From Candidatus Thorarchaeota archaeon (lineage in GTDB: Archaea > Asgardarchaeota > Thorarchaeia > Thorarchaeales > Thorarchaeaceae), in NCBI GenBank assembly GCA_048882485.1, contig JBHLRP010000005.1:44936-108935 (forward strand): a stretch of 64,000 bases of DNA, read 5' to 3'. Of the stretch, positions 37,964 to 47,997 are shown piece after piece. The translations under genes were made by a program, and so were the position numbers. Below the pieces are notes generated by a model, which ran no database searches, was not told the origin of the DNA, and was given only the letters and a program-made list of their open reading frames with translations. Numbering within the stretch: the stretch's first letter is position 1; every line of letters begins with the position of its first letter.

Positions 37964-39991
37964 TTGATGGCGTTGACTTCAGACACACGAAACAGTAATG
38001 CAGAAGCCAAAGCTAGAGAGATTCTCTCAAAGATGACATTGAGAGAGAAGTTCCAGATGCTGACAAGTCCGAGTTATCGACGTATATATTCAACCAGACC
38101 AATCAGGCGGCTTGGAGTCCCTTCTTTCAGAATGACAGATGGACCGCTTGGAATTGCATTTCATTCAGGTGGTTTCAAACGCTGCACAAGATTCCCCGCA
38201 ACGATTTCAGTTGCGGCAACATGGAATAGGTCGATGGTAAATGAAATGGGCATAGCCATAGCAGATGAGATTCGTGCTATCAATCGACACTTGCTGCTAG
38301 CCCCTGGCATCAACATCGCCCGAACACCCCTGAACGGGAGAACTTTCGAATACTTCAGCGAAGACCCCTATCTAACAAAAGAACTAGCTATTCCGCTCGT
38401 GAAAGGGATGCAGAGCAATGGTGTTGGCGCCTGCATAAAACACTACGCAGCGAATAATCAGGAGATTGACAGAAGATCATGCAACTCGGTAGTAGATGAA
38501 AGAGCCCTGCACGAAATATACCTTCGAGCTTTTCACGAGGTTGTCATAGAAGGTGACGCATGGTCAGTCATGGGAAGCTACAACAAAGTGAATGGTGTAT
38601 ATGCGTGTGAGAATTCGTATCTCATTCGTGAGGTCCTAATGAATAGATGGGGATTCAAGGGATTCGTAGTGACCGATTGGTTTGCTACACGTCAGTATGA
38701 AACTGCTGAAGGATGCATCAATGCGGGCTTGTCATTGGAGATGCCTGTTCCCTCCAAGTACAAACAGAAGACATTGTTGAAGGCATTCAAAGAGGGTGAA
38801 TTCTCAGAAGACACTCTAGATGATTTGGTGTTTCGCGTGTTGCGAGTGATGCACTTGACAGGTGCATTCAAAGAAAATGATGTAATGCCAAAGGGGTCGA
38901 GAAACACAAGGGAGCACCAGAATCTATCTCGGAGAATTGCAGAAGAAGGGATGGTTCTCCTGAAGAATGAAGGTCAAATACTACCCTTGAACCTTGAAGA
39001 CATTGATACAATTGCACTGATTGGGCCGAACCTGAAGAAGAGATTCGGTAGGATACTCTACGGAGGGTCGTCCGCAGTCTGGCCTCCGTATGAGATCTCT
39101 CCCTTGAAAGGCCTGCAGGAGAAACTCAAGGGCAAAACCAGAATCGTGAAGGATATATCAAGTGCAGACGCTGCGATTATCTTTGTTGGGTTGAATCATA
39201 ACAAAGGCCAGGACTCTGAATCACATGACCGCGCAGAGCTTGGGCTCCCTGAAAAGCAGGTTCAACTGATAAATGAAACAGCTAAAGACAATCCAAATAC
39301 AATCGTTGTTATTGTTGCAGGCAGCCCCATCACAATGAACGACTGGCTGGAAAATGTGCCTGCAATCCTTGATGCATGGTATTCAGGAATGGAAGGAGGA
39401 AGAGCAATTGCCAACATACTCTTTGGAGATGCGTATCCGTCAGGTAAACTTCCAATTACTTTTCCAAAGAAGCTGACCGACTCACCAGCCCATAGCACAG
39501 GCGACCCAAGAAATTACCCCGGCGATGAAGAAAAGAATGTATACTATGACGAAGGAATTTTCGTGGGATATCGGTGGTTTGATGAAAAGGATATTGAGCC
39601 GCTATTTCCATTTGGCTATGGTCTGAGCTATACTTCATTCGAGTTTGGAGATGTTCGTCCTCAAATTGACAAATTCTCAGGAGTAACCGATTCAATTAGC
39701 GTTGAAGTGGATTTGGAAAACGTTGGAGAGAAGAATGGAGCTGAGGTCATTCAGATCTATTGTCGTGATATAGAGAGTTCTGTTGAGAGGCCGCCCCAAG
39801 AGCTGGTAGGTTTTGAAAAAGTGGTTTTGCAGCCGGGCGAGAAAAAGTCAGTACCTGTTTTGATAAAGCCAAAAGATCTGATGTTTTACGATGTCAATAG
39901 GCATGATTGGCATCTGGAACCAGGAGAATTCGAGCTAAGAATTGGAAACTCAAGTAGAGATCTATTCTCCAATCTAAAGATAAGCTGCTGA
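37964..39991 (+). CDS. GH3 beta-glucosidase
   Basis: TDGPLG, GRTFEYFSEDP, KHY, VVTDW nucleophile, PFGYGLSYT, Fn3-like end. Confidence 0.95.
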   Translation: MMALTSDTRNSNAEAKAREILSKMTLREKFQMLTSPSYRRIYSTRPIRRLGVPSFRMTDGPLGIAFHSGGFKRCTRFPATISVAATWNRSMVNEMGIAIADEIRAINRHLLLAPGINIARTPLNGRTFEYFSEDPYLTKELAIPLVKGMQSNGVGACIKHYAANNQEIDRRSCNSVVDERALHEIYLRAFHEVVIEGDAWSVMGSYNKVNGVYACENSYLIREVLMNRWGFKGFVVTDWFATRQYETAEGCINAGLSLEMPVPSKYKQKTLLKAFKEGEFSEDTLDDLVFRVLRVMHLTGAFKENDVMPKGSRNTREHQNLSRRIAEEGMVLLKNEGQILPLNLEDIDTIALIGPNLKKRFGRILYGGSSAVWPPYEISPLKGLQEKLKGKTRIVKDISSADAAIIFVGLNHNKGQDSESHDRAELGLPEKQVQLINETAKDNPNTIVVIVAGSPITMNDWLENVPAILDAWYSGMEGGRAIANILFGDAYPSGKLPITFPKKLTDSPAHSTGDPRNYPGDEEKNVYYDEGIFVGYRWFDEKDIEPLFPFGYGLSYTSFEFGDVRPQIDKFSGVTDSISVEVDLENVGEKNGAEVIQIYCRDIESSVERPPQELVGFEKVVLQPGEKKSVPVLIKPKDLMFYDVNRHDWHLEPGEFELRIGNSSRDLFSNLKISC

Positions 39992-40032
39992 CATATAGCT
40001 TGAGAGATCAACGCCTTACCCTGGTCTTGGCT

Positions 40033-41535
40033 CTAAGTCCTGAACTGCTTTCCTTCTCTCTTGCACAATATCTGGACTACGTTCCTGCCTGTGTAGATGC
40101 TCCCTGGCACACCTCCGCCTGGCAGAACCCAGTGGCCCGCCATATAGAAGTTCTCTAAACCTGGGAGTGTTCGAGGAATTAGCTCGGTCAATGTGTTCCT
40201 TGTCAATAGCCATCCCATAGGAGAACCCTTGTCGTTTAGTGTATACCTCCAAGAGGTGTAGGGTGTTGCAACATCTATCATCTCAACCTGAGAAGTTATC
40301 CCTGGATAATGAACTTCGAGGCGTTTGATTATCTCTTGTGCAATCTGGTTCTTGACAGCTTTGTATTCATCATGATTTTTCCGGAGATTGTACCAGTACT
40401 CCCAATCAGTTTCAAGCATGATTTGGATGACTGTCTTACCTTCTGGAGCAAATGCATCGCTATAGTTCATGACTCTCAACGGCAGACAAGTAATTGAGCG
40501 ACCGGCATATTCGAGTGGTTCCTTCAATACATAAACAGTAAACGGCGCTTCTTGCTCGAATTCCCTGTTTACACCCAGTGACACTGCTACCATTGGGTCA
40601 TAGGGCTTCCATGTGTCGTAGCATTTCTGGATCTTATCATCGACATACTTGCCGCCCAGCATGTCGAAGATTGTGCTTCTGCCATCAGCTGCAGACACGA
40701 CAATATCTGCTCTGTGCTCAGTTCCATCCGCAAGAACTACACCAACGGCTACATCATCTTCAACCAAGATTTTCTCGACTTTTGATCGATATTGAATCTC
40801 TCCGCCAAGCGACTCGTACTTCTTTACAATAGCTTCAATGAATTCGTGGCAACCTCCTTTGAAGAGACCTAGGAATCCGCCAGCTACAGTGGCCATAATC
40901 ATTATCACAAACCAGAACGAGATGTCAGGAGCAAATAGGTTCCTGATTAGCGTCTTCATAAACGGGTCTTTGTAATATTCAGAATACCCAGCCGCAGTCT
41001 TGGACCACTTGCCCATGAAGTACTTCATGAAGCCGCGCATATTCCACATGTCTTTCAGTGAATCAAAGCGTCCTCTCAACTCCGGAGGAGCTGTGCTCAT
41101 ACCCAAGTCCGTCAACAGAGGCGAGTCCTTCATCCACCTCACCTCTTTAATGAACGCATGAATCTCATCGGCATCTTCGGTAGAGAGGTCAATGAGGTTT
41201 CGCTCGAGTTTCTCTAGGTCCATTGTGAATTCAGCGACCTTTGATCCAGTTTCATCCACAAACCGCATATACCTAGTCATGTCCGCTATCTCATACGACC
41301 CGACTGCACCAATCTCTTCGTACACATCGTATATTGACGTTCCTGGCTTGTGGCAGATTAAGAAATGAATTCCGCCATCTATCAGATACTCTCCCCTTCT
41401 CCAAACAGCAGCAACCCCGCCTGGCTTTGAGTGATACTCAAAGATTCTACTCTCATAGCCATTTTTCTGTGCATAGCAGCCCGTGGAGAGTCCTCCCAAG
41501 CCCGCTCCTATAATTATCATTGTTTTCTTGCCCAT
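40033..41535 (-). CDS. Phytoene desaturase-like FAD oxidoreductase
   Basis: IIGAGLGGL, DVATP, GLENFYMAGHWVLPGGGVP. Confidence 0.85.
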   Translation of the reverse strand: MGKKTMIIIGAGLGGLSTGCYAQKNGYESRIFEYHSKPGGVAAVWRRGEYLIDGGIHFLICHKPGTSIYDVYEEIGAVGSYEIADMTRYMRFVDETGSKVAEFTMDLEKLERNLIDLSTEDADEIHAFIKEVRWMKDSPLLTDLGMSTAPPELRGRFDSLKDMWNMRGFMKYFMGKWSKTAAGYSEYYKDPFMKTLIRNLFAPDISFWFVIMIMATVAGGFLGLFKGGCHEFIEAIVKKYESLGGEIQYRSKVEKILVEDDVAVGVVLADGTEHRADIVVSAADGRSTIFDMLGGKYVDDKIQKCYDTWKPYDPMVAVSLGVNREFEQEAPFTVYVLKEPLEYAGRSITCLPLRVMNYSDAFAPEGKTVIQIMLETDWEYWYNLRKNHDEYKAVKNQIAQEIIKRLEVHYPGITSQVEMIDVATPYTSWRYTLNDKGSPMGWLLTRNTLTELIPRTLPGLENFYMAGHWVLPGGGVPGSIYTGRNVVQILCKREGKQFRT

Positions 41536-41541
41536 TTCTCC

Positions 41542-42033
41542 TCACCCCATTTTTTCACTGGCAAGATATTCCAGCACCTTCTCTAGAGCCTCATTCCAAA
41601 CTCCAATTCCTCTAATTTCAGCATTCACAGCTCTCTTCAGTGCGGCGTCTCTCTTCTTATTCCTAGCTAAGAGATCTCTCATGCTGGCGATGAAATTTCG
41701 GTTCACTGCGATAAGCTGTTGAAGCATTGACATGCCCAAGTTTGTCGAGGATGCGACCCGGTACCGATAGCCAGTTTTTCGAGACCCGGTTTTCTCAACA
41801 ACACCATAGGTTTCAAGAACTTTGAGTGCGCGATTGACAGAAGGGATCGAAGTAGGGTATTTCGACTCAGGGAAGAGTTCTCCCAGTCGTGCTGAGATTC
41901 CTTTCTGTGTCCACTCTTGAGGTTCAAGTAGCATTAGCCCCTCAATCCAGCCGCAATACTCGGGATACCCATATTGGTCGTACATAGTTCCTATAGTGGT
42001 TAAGAATATTCTACGTAACTTGTGACTTGCCAA
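41542..42033 (-). CDS. GbsR/MarR-type transcription regulator
   Basis: GWIEGLMLL, TQKGIS, SIPSVNRALKVLE..G.V; TTG at 42033 after GTGAGG. Confidence 0.7.
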   Translation of the reverse strand: MASHKLRRIFLTTIGTMYDQYGYPEYCGWIEGLMLLEPQEWTQKGISARLGELFPESKYPTSIPSVNRALKVLETYGVVEKTGSRKTGYRYRVASSTNLGMSMLQQLIAVNRNFIASMRDLLARNKKRDAALKRAVNAEIRGIGVWNEALEKVLEYLASEKMG

Positions 42034-42076
42034 TTGCTGCGCCTCACAAGAAATATGACAAAGGAAGAATTTAAGT

Positions 42077-42094
42077 ATTTCAGTATTCTGAAAT
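42077..42094. promoter_or_regulatory. Inverted repeat ATTTCAG-N4-CTGAAAT (candidate operator)
   Basis: Perfect 7-bp arms between the divergent regulator and methyltransferase genes. Confidence 0.45.
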
Positions 42095-42193
42095 TTTGAA
42101 ATTAATAGGATTAGACAAGTCGAAGGCCATGTCTTGCTTTCAGAGATGAACTTTAAGGCAAATTGCACCTCTGCACCTTGAGGGAGATTCAAT

Positions 42194-42976
42194 TTGCAGA
42201 CCATGACTGATAGTATAAGAAATTCAGGCGTTCTTGAGATTCGAGATAGACTGTCATTCATTTCTGGAGGGAGGGCATTGGATGTGGGAACTCAGCAAGG
42301 CCGTTTTATTACTGTCATGATGAAATTCATGGAAAGCTATGAATCATTCGTTGGCATTGATATATCAGAGGCGGTTTTGGAGAAAGCTAGAGAGGCCATC
42401 ACTAAGGATTTTGTTGAGTTCAAACTCATGAATGCCGAGGTACTTAATTTCGAAGATGAATACTTTGATACGGTATCCATATCCCACTCTCTTCATCATC
42501 TCGATAGTATAGACAACGTTCTTGGGGAGATGCTGCGTGTGCTAAAACCAGGTGGACATCTGATTCTTCAGGAGATATTCTCTGATGATGATCAGAACGA
42601 TGCACAGCAAACTGAGATTCTCACACATCACTTGGATGCAAGAATGGACAGAATCGAGGGGACTCCTCATTTTGATACACTTACACGACGACAGATTAAG
42701 GATATTGTAAACGGACTGGGAATGAGCACCGTTGAAGTGTTCGAAACGGCATGGGGACTTAGTTGTCTAGATTGTGACAAGGCTGAGCAATGCGAAGATC
42801 CCAAGAGCGAATACAACATGAAACACGGTCGAGAGGAAATTGAAGATATTCTGAAAAGGGCGAAGGATCAACCAGGGACTGATGGCATTCAACAAGAAGC
42901 TGAGCTCCTACATGAAAGGTTGGAAAGAACCGGCTATCAATCCGCTTCGCTACTGTTCTTCATCTGTAGGAAATAA
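42194..42976 (+). CDS. Class I SAM methyltransferase
   Basis: ALDVGTQQG, GIDIS, FDTV, RVLKPGG; additional CLDC....C. Confidence 0.85.
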   Translation: MQTMTDSIRNSGVLEIRDRLSFISGGRALDVGTQQGRFITVMMKFMESYESFVGIDISEAVLEKAREAITKDFVEFKLMNAEVLNFEDEYFDTVSISHSLHHLDSIDNVLGEMLRVLKPGGHLILQEIFSDDDQNDAQQTEILTHHLDARMDRIEGTPHFDTLTRRQIKDIVNGLGMSTVEVFETAWGLSCLDCDKAEQCEDPKSEYNMKHGREEIEDILKRAKDQPGTDGIQQEAELLHERLERTGYQSASLLFFICRK

Positions 42977-42984
42977 TTCAATAT

Positions 42985-43344
42985 TCAGCTCTTGATCCGT
43001 CCATCTTCTATTCTCTCAAGAGTAAGGAGTGCGTTGATGTAATCATCCATAGTCTGGGTTCTCTCTTTCAAAGTCAAACTTGAATCAAGAATCCGCTTTC
43101 TCAACATACTCAAGTACCGATTCTCAAGCCTCTCGATATAGGTTGACGATCCCATCTTTGTCACTTTGATTCTTGGTTGACTCTGTATGTATTCGATTAG
43201 TCTGACCCAGCTTTCCGCAGTTACTGGATTGAGGCCAATCCTTTGGAACTCGGATTTTGGAAAAGGTTCAGGCTGCGCCTCGATGAACCTGAAGATCGAC
43301 TCTACTCGTTCGGCCAATGTTCGTCGACGCCTCTTTTTGGACAT
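42985..43344 (-). CDS. Small basic hypothetical protein (possible winged helix)
   Basis: MSKKRRRRTLAERVESIFRFI..., ATG at 43344; AT-rich promoter immediately upstream. Confidence 0.6.
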   Translation of the reverse strand: MSKKRRRRTLAERVESIFRFIEAQPEPFPKSEFQRIGLNPVTAESWVRLIEYIQSQPRIKVTKMGSSTYIERLENRYLSMLRKRILDSSLTLKERTQTMDDYINALLTLERIEDGRIKS

Positions 43345-43435
43345 AATACAATAATGTATTATATAATATATAAACATATCTTTTATATGCAAGTCGAATT
43401 CCATCAATATCAGAACTTCAATTGGATGGACCACC

Positions 43436-45475
43436 TTGATTGAAGATGCTGTTGGAAACATGCAGTCTCATGTCATTAGTATCACTAGAGGCTTCTTCGA
43501 AGAACATTTCCCTGATGATGCAGAAGCCATGAGTAAGGCATTCGCTGAAAAATACGAATCGCTAGTAGAGCAGCAAGAAAGAGAAGACGCCACTGAAGTA
43601 GAAGGAATGCGTAACCTCATTGTTTCCTTCAGGCCTGCGTTATCCTATGTCCTGCAACAATGTGAAGAATTTGACATGCTCTTGACTATGATGTTGTATT
43701 CGTTCAAGGCTTCATGGGAAGGAGCACACCGAAGAAGGTCGAAGCCTCCTCCCAAGAAAGGACCAGTCATGCCAGGCAGCGATCAGTCAGTGAACCTCGA
43801 ATTCTACTGCACAGTATGCGAACAAGTTATTGATGTGCCTTATGAGAAGAAGATGGAGATTCTCAATTCTGAGGAAGAAGTTGAGCTTCCAACCCATTGT
43901 GGTCAGTCAGTTAAGATCAGAATCTCTAGGAAGGGAGAAGAGTCAAAGGTGGAAGAGGCTGAACAAGAGGAGTCAATCGAACCCATCGAATTGCTGATGG
44001 GTCATGTGCCAGCTGATAACGTTGAGTACATGAAGGTTCTTAGTGTCGGGATTGATATAGGTTCATCCACATCGCATCTCATTTTCTCTCGACTTACACT
44101 CAAACGGGAAACAAGCCTGTTCAATATCACGAATCGTTTCAACCTCGTCAATCGAGAGATCATCTACGAGAGTTCCATTATCTTCACGCCACTCATCGAC
44201 CGATACAATATCGATGTCGAGGCTGTGATCGAGTTTTGTGAGGAGGAGTACAAGAAAGCCGAAATAACTCCGGAGATGGTTGAAACAGGTGCAGTTTTAG
44301 TTACAGGAGAGACTGCTAAGAAGGAAAATGCTGCAGAGATTGTTAATCGTCTATCCTCCGAATCTGGCAAATTTGTTAGTGCAGCCGCTGGTCCAAATCT
44401 TGAATCCCTTCTAAGTGCCATGGGAAGTGGGATTGTTGATCAATCACTCTTCAGCCAGAAATCACATTTGCATGTTGACATTGGTGGAGGAACTAGCAAC
44501 CTTGCTATTGTATCCCGTGGTCTGGTTCTAGGCACAAGTTGCATCAATGTTGGAGGCCGTTTGCTTGGGATTGATAAAAACCTCAAGATTTGGCGAATAG
44601 ATGGCCCCGCACAATTCCTCATGAATGAACTAGGTATGCAGTATCAAATTGGCGACACCATTGCTGAAGAAGATGCAAGGAGTATTGCTGGAGAGTTTGC
44701 AGAAGCACTGTTTGAAGTAATGCAAGGTCCTGCGGAGAGCAAAATTGCTAGGGAACTGATGATGACGGATGATTTGGATTTCTCAATCCCGATAGATGCC
44801 TACTCCTTCTCAGGTGGGGTTTCTGAGATGTTCTACGGCAACGATGAAACCTTCGATGATATCGGTGTGATGCTAGCAGAAGAAATCAAGGCCTTAGTCG
44901 AAGACAAAGGCTTGTCAGTGGTTGAGCCTGACAATAAGATTCGAGCCACAGTCATTGGCGCTGGAGCCTTTTCTCTCTCGGTGTCGGGCTCAACTACTTT
45001 CTTCGGTGAGGGCATTGAGCTACCACTCGTTAACATACCTGTGCTCCCTGTAGGTTTAGGAAATGAGGAATTCTCTCCCGAAAGGCTGGTCAAGGAAATC
45101 CGTAGATCATTCACCACTTTTGACATGATTGAGGGAGAGGATATTGTCGCCTTATACTTCAAAGACCGAGTCATATCTAGAGTATATACAGGCGATGGGT
45201 GGCTTCCACCATTTGCAGAGTCAATAGAAGAGGCTATGTCAAATTCTGTTTCAAAGAGGAGACCTGTCATTTTGATATTTGGATACGATGTAGCCAAGAG
45301 ACTGGGTCTCGCGATAAGGGATGAAACTTCTATCAAGACTAACATTCTGGTTCTAGATGAGCTGCTGCTGGAAGCAGGTGATTGGATAGATATTGGCGCA
45401 CCCCTCAAAGACACAGAAGCTTTTCCTGTCACTGTGAAGAGTCTTGTGTTCAATAAGAGCAAGAAGTATTCCTAG
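43436..45475 (+). CDS. eutA: EutA-family reactivating factor (ASKHA ATPase) with about 195-aa N-terminal extension
   Basis: SVGIDIGSSTSHLIFS, TGETAKKENA, AGPNLES, DIGGGTSN, IRATVIGAG, GDWIDIGAP, PVTVKSLVF. Confidence 0.85.
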   Translation: MIEDAVGNMQSHVISITRGFFEEHFPDDAEAMSKAFAEKYESLVEQQEREDATEVEGMRNLIVSFRPALSYVLQQCEEFDMLLTMMLYSFKASWEGAHRRRSKPPPKKGPVMPGSDQSVNLEFYCTVCEQVIDVPYEKKMEILNSEEEVELPTHCGQSVKIRISRKGEESKVEEAEQEESIEPIELLMGHVPADNVEYMKVLSVGIDIGSSTSHLIFSRLTLKRETSLFNITNRFNLVNREIIYESSIIFTPLIDRYNIDVEAVIEFCEEEYKKAEITPEMVETGAVLVTGETAKKENAAEIVNRLSSESGKFVSAAAGPNLESLLSAMGSGIVDQSLFSQKSHLHVDIGGGTSNLAIVSRGLVLGTSCINVGGRLLGIDKNLKIWRIDGPAQFLMNELGMQYQIGDTIAEEDARSIAGEFAEALFEVMQGPAESKIARELMMTDDLDFSIPIDAYSFSGGVSEMFYGNDETFDDIGVMLAEEIKALVEDKGLSVVEPDNKIRATVIGAGAFSLSVSGSTTFFGEGIELPLVNIPVLPVGLGNEEFSPERLVKEIRRSFTTFDMIEGEDIVALYFKDRVISRVYTGDGWLPPFAESIEEAMSNSVSKRRPVILIFGYDVAKRLGLAIRDETSIKTNILVLDELLLEAGDWIDIGAPLKDTEAFPVTVKSLVFNKSKKYS

Positions 45476-45496
45476 AAAGAGATTGCGTCACACGCT

Positions 45497-45793
45497 CTAA
45501 TCTCTCACACCTAAGATTACCAAATCCTCCAGTGCTTGAATGCCTCTCATTTGATTTGCTTCCATAGATATGAACTGGTTCTCTTCGAGTTCGACCTTCT
45601 TCTCCCCAGAGGTGATGATCGCTTTTCCCTTTAGTACTAAGAAGAACGCAGAGTGATTCGCCATGTGGGGAGGGATTTGTGCTCCCTCTCCAAGGGATAT
45701 TCGCAAGATTGAATATCCGTCTCTCTCCGCCAATGCGACTTTATTCGGACCCTTCGGGAAGACCAGATTCTCAAAAACATTGCCGCTTGTCAT
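45497..45793 (-). CDS. Cupin domain protein
   Basis: GAQIPPH, VLKGKA cupin pattern; 98 aa. Confidence 0.75.
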   Translation of the reverse strand: MTSGNVFENLVFPKGPNKVALAERDGYSILRISLGEGAQIPPHMANHSAFFLVLKGKAIITSGEKKVELEENQFISMEANQMRGIQALEDLVILGVRD

Positions 45794-45854
45794 TGGTGTT
45801 CACGAGGTTGTTGTCCACTGCTTCAGCATATAAACAATAGTTAATAACCAATCT

Positions 45855-46394
45855 TCAGATCCAGCATCTGACGCGTTTCTTGAATTCTCGATACTCATCC
45901 CCAAATTCCTCTTCCAGAATGGTCTCTTCCCTCTTTATGAAGAATCTGAAGACAATGTAGGTGAGAACAAGGAGGAATGAAGTTACCAGGCTACTCAAAA
46001 CTACCGCCAATCCGAAAAGCGCCACGAGGCATCCCAGATATAAGGGATTCCGCGAGAATCTGTAAGGCCCCACAAGGACTAGTGCTTCAGGCCTCTGCAT
46101 AGGCTCTCGATTTCGTAGACTTATTCTTCCTACGTAAAGCAGAGAGTAATTTGCCCATATTATCAAGAGCATGCCTATAGGAATGAACAGGAGTCCTATG
46201 AGATTGTAGGGTTGCGGAATTATGTCGGCCGGAAATGTGAATATGTCAATGAGGATTTGTATATCGACATTGAAGATAAGGAATGGGGCAAGAATGACAT
46301 AGGCGAAGATGGTTGATAATATGATTATCCACAATCCTTGAAGGACTATTCTCGCACGAGGGTGTCGTTTTTTGAATTCTTCGAACTCAACCAT
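45855..46394 (-). CDS. ICMT/PEMT-family membrane methyltransferase
   Basis: LVLVGPYRFSRNPLYLG, EE..L.EEFGDEYREFKKRV. Confidence 0.9.
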   Translation of the reverse strand: MVEFEEFKKRHPRARIVLQGLWIIILSTIFAYVILAPFLIFNVDIQILIDIFTFPADIIPQPYNLIGLLFIPIGMLLIIWANYSLLYVGRISLRNREPMQRPEALVLVGPYRFSRNPLYLGCLVALFGLAVVLSSLVTSFLLVLTYIVFRFFIKREETILEEEFGDEYREFKKRVRCWI

Positions 46395-46683
46395 TCAAGC
46401 ACCGTCAACATATTCATCTTATTTGCTCACTTAACCGCTTTGGATTATTTGATATCGCCGTCATGATTTCAATAAGATGATAATCCTGAGTTTGTTCGAA
46501 TTTGAGGCTCATCTGATATAAGGGGGAGCGAGTATCTTGCAGCAATCTACTTATGGCAGAGGAAATCCGCTTCTGAGATAAAAGAGGAATTCAATCAGAT
46601 GTGGATGAGGGAAAGGAAATACCTGGCTGAGTGAGTCGCTAGAAAATGGTATTTAAGCCAGACATGAGACCTGAGAATCTAAT

Positions 46684-47997
46684 TTGAAGATTCTCAACTA
46701 CTCGAGGCTCAGAGCAAAGGAATTCACTGGGCTGTCCACGTTCCAATTCCTCGCCTTCTTCAGAAGGTCCATAGTGTATACTTTCTTGTCTATCTATCTG
46801 AGGTCCCTGGGTCTCTCGACAACGGAAGTCACATTGATGGCGACTGTGGGAATGATCGGCAATACTCTGGCACAGTCATTGCTCTGGGGCAATCTGCTAG
46901 ACAAGTACCGAAGACCCACCGAGTTCGTTGTCATGGGAGAATTCTTTGCTGGAGTCGCTCACATCTTCATGGTCCTTGGGTATATGTTCTTTCTCGGATT
47001 GAATCAGTTGATTATCGCTGGTTATGTTATAATCTTCAGTCTAGGTGGAATTGAAGTCTTCTGGAGTATGTCAAACGTCGGATGGTCAGCGCTGATATCC
47101 GAATTGACTGAGGATGACGAGAGAAAGCAGCTGATGGGCCAATTCTCAATAATCGGAGGATTTGGAGGAATTGGTGGTGCCATTCTTGGAGGCCTTCTCT
47201 ATGACAATGGCGTAGGGTTTGTCAGCGGAATCATCTTCATTATTGCTGCTGTTGTCATGATATTCTCGAGTTTCATTGTCTACTTCTCAGTCAGATTGGG
47301 AAGGGATGATGAGTCACAGGAATCTAATGATGAAGCCTCAGAGAGCTTTTCACTGAGTGATCTTCCTTCACAACTCCGCATGGGATACCTCATCTTCATA
47401 GTTGCCTTGGTATTCATCAATTTTGGAAGGAACTCGATTGCAATCATAACAGCCCTATTTGTCCAGGACGCAACAGGCTTCAACGCGAGTGGAATAGAAA
47501 TTGCACTCTACAGCAATGTCAGAAGTATTGCATCTATGATTGCTGGATTGCTGATTGGATCTGTCGTTGCCAAAGCTGATGATAACAGAGTAATGGTTCT
47601 GGGAACAGCGTTTTCCATTGCCGGCATTTCGTGGTTAGTAGTCGCCCCGACCTTTGCCCTGGCTTTATTGGCATCATTCCTCAGGGGGGCATCGGAGGTC
47701 ATCATCAACGCTTCAAGCTATTCCATCGTAGCCAGAATGGCGCCTAAAGAGTACCGTGGTAGGCTGTTTGCATATTATAATGCGACATTCTTCCTTAGTT
47801 GGGGAATCGCTGCCACCTTCATCGCCGGACCAATAGCCGACATTCTGATTAGCCAAGGTCTGAGCAATGCAGACGCATACCGAGGAAGCTTCATAGCAGC
47901 AATTGCTTTGATTGCCATAGGAATCATCATCCTTCTTGTTTCATTTAGGTATAACCAAAGGAAGGGACTCATCGCGCAGAATCAGGATGTTGAATAG
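46684..47997 (+). CDS. MFS transporter (intact copy A)
   Basis: About 12 TM; WGNLLDKYRR, APKEYRGR motifs. Confidence 0.9.
   Translation: MKILNYSRLRAKEFTGLSTFQFLAFFRRSIVYTFLSIYLRSLGLSTTEVTLMATVGMIGNTLAQSLLWGNLLDKYRRPTEFVVMGEFFAGVAHIFMVLGYMFFLGLNQLIIAGYVIIFSLGGIEVFWSMSNVGWSALISELTEDDERKQLMGQFSIIGGFGGIGGAILGGLLYDNGVGFVSGIIFIIAAVVMIFSSFIVYFSVRLGRDDESQESNDEASESFSLSDLPSQLRMGYLIFIVALVFINFGRNSIAIITALFVQDATGFNASGIEIALYSNVRSIASMIAGLLIGSVVAKADDNRVMVLGTAFSIAGISWLVVAPTFALALLASFLRGASEVIINASSYSIVARMAPKEYRGRLFAYYNATFFLSWGIAATFIAGPIADILISQGLSNADAYRGSFIAAIALIAIGIIILLVSFRYNQRKGLIAQNQDVE

Noticed and set aside
44833-45462. Long antisense ORFs (e.g. 44833-45462, 26381-26926, 11188-11610)
   Set aside because: Shadow frames of well-supported genes on the opposite strand
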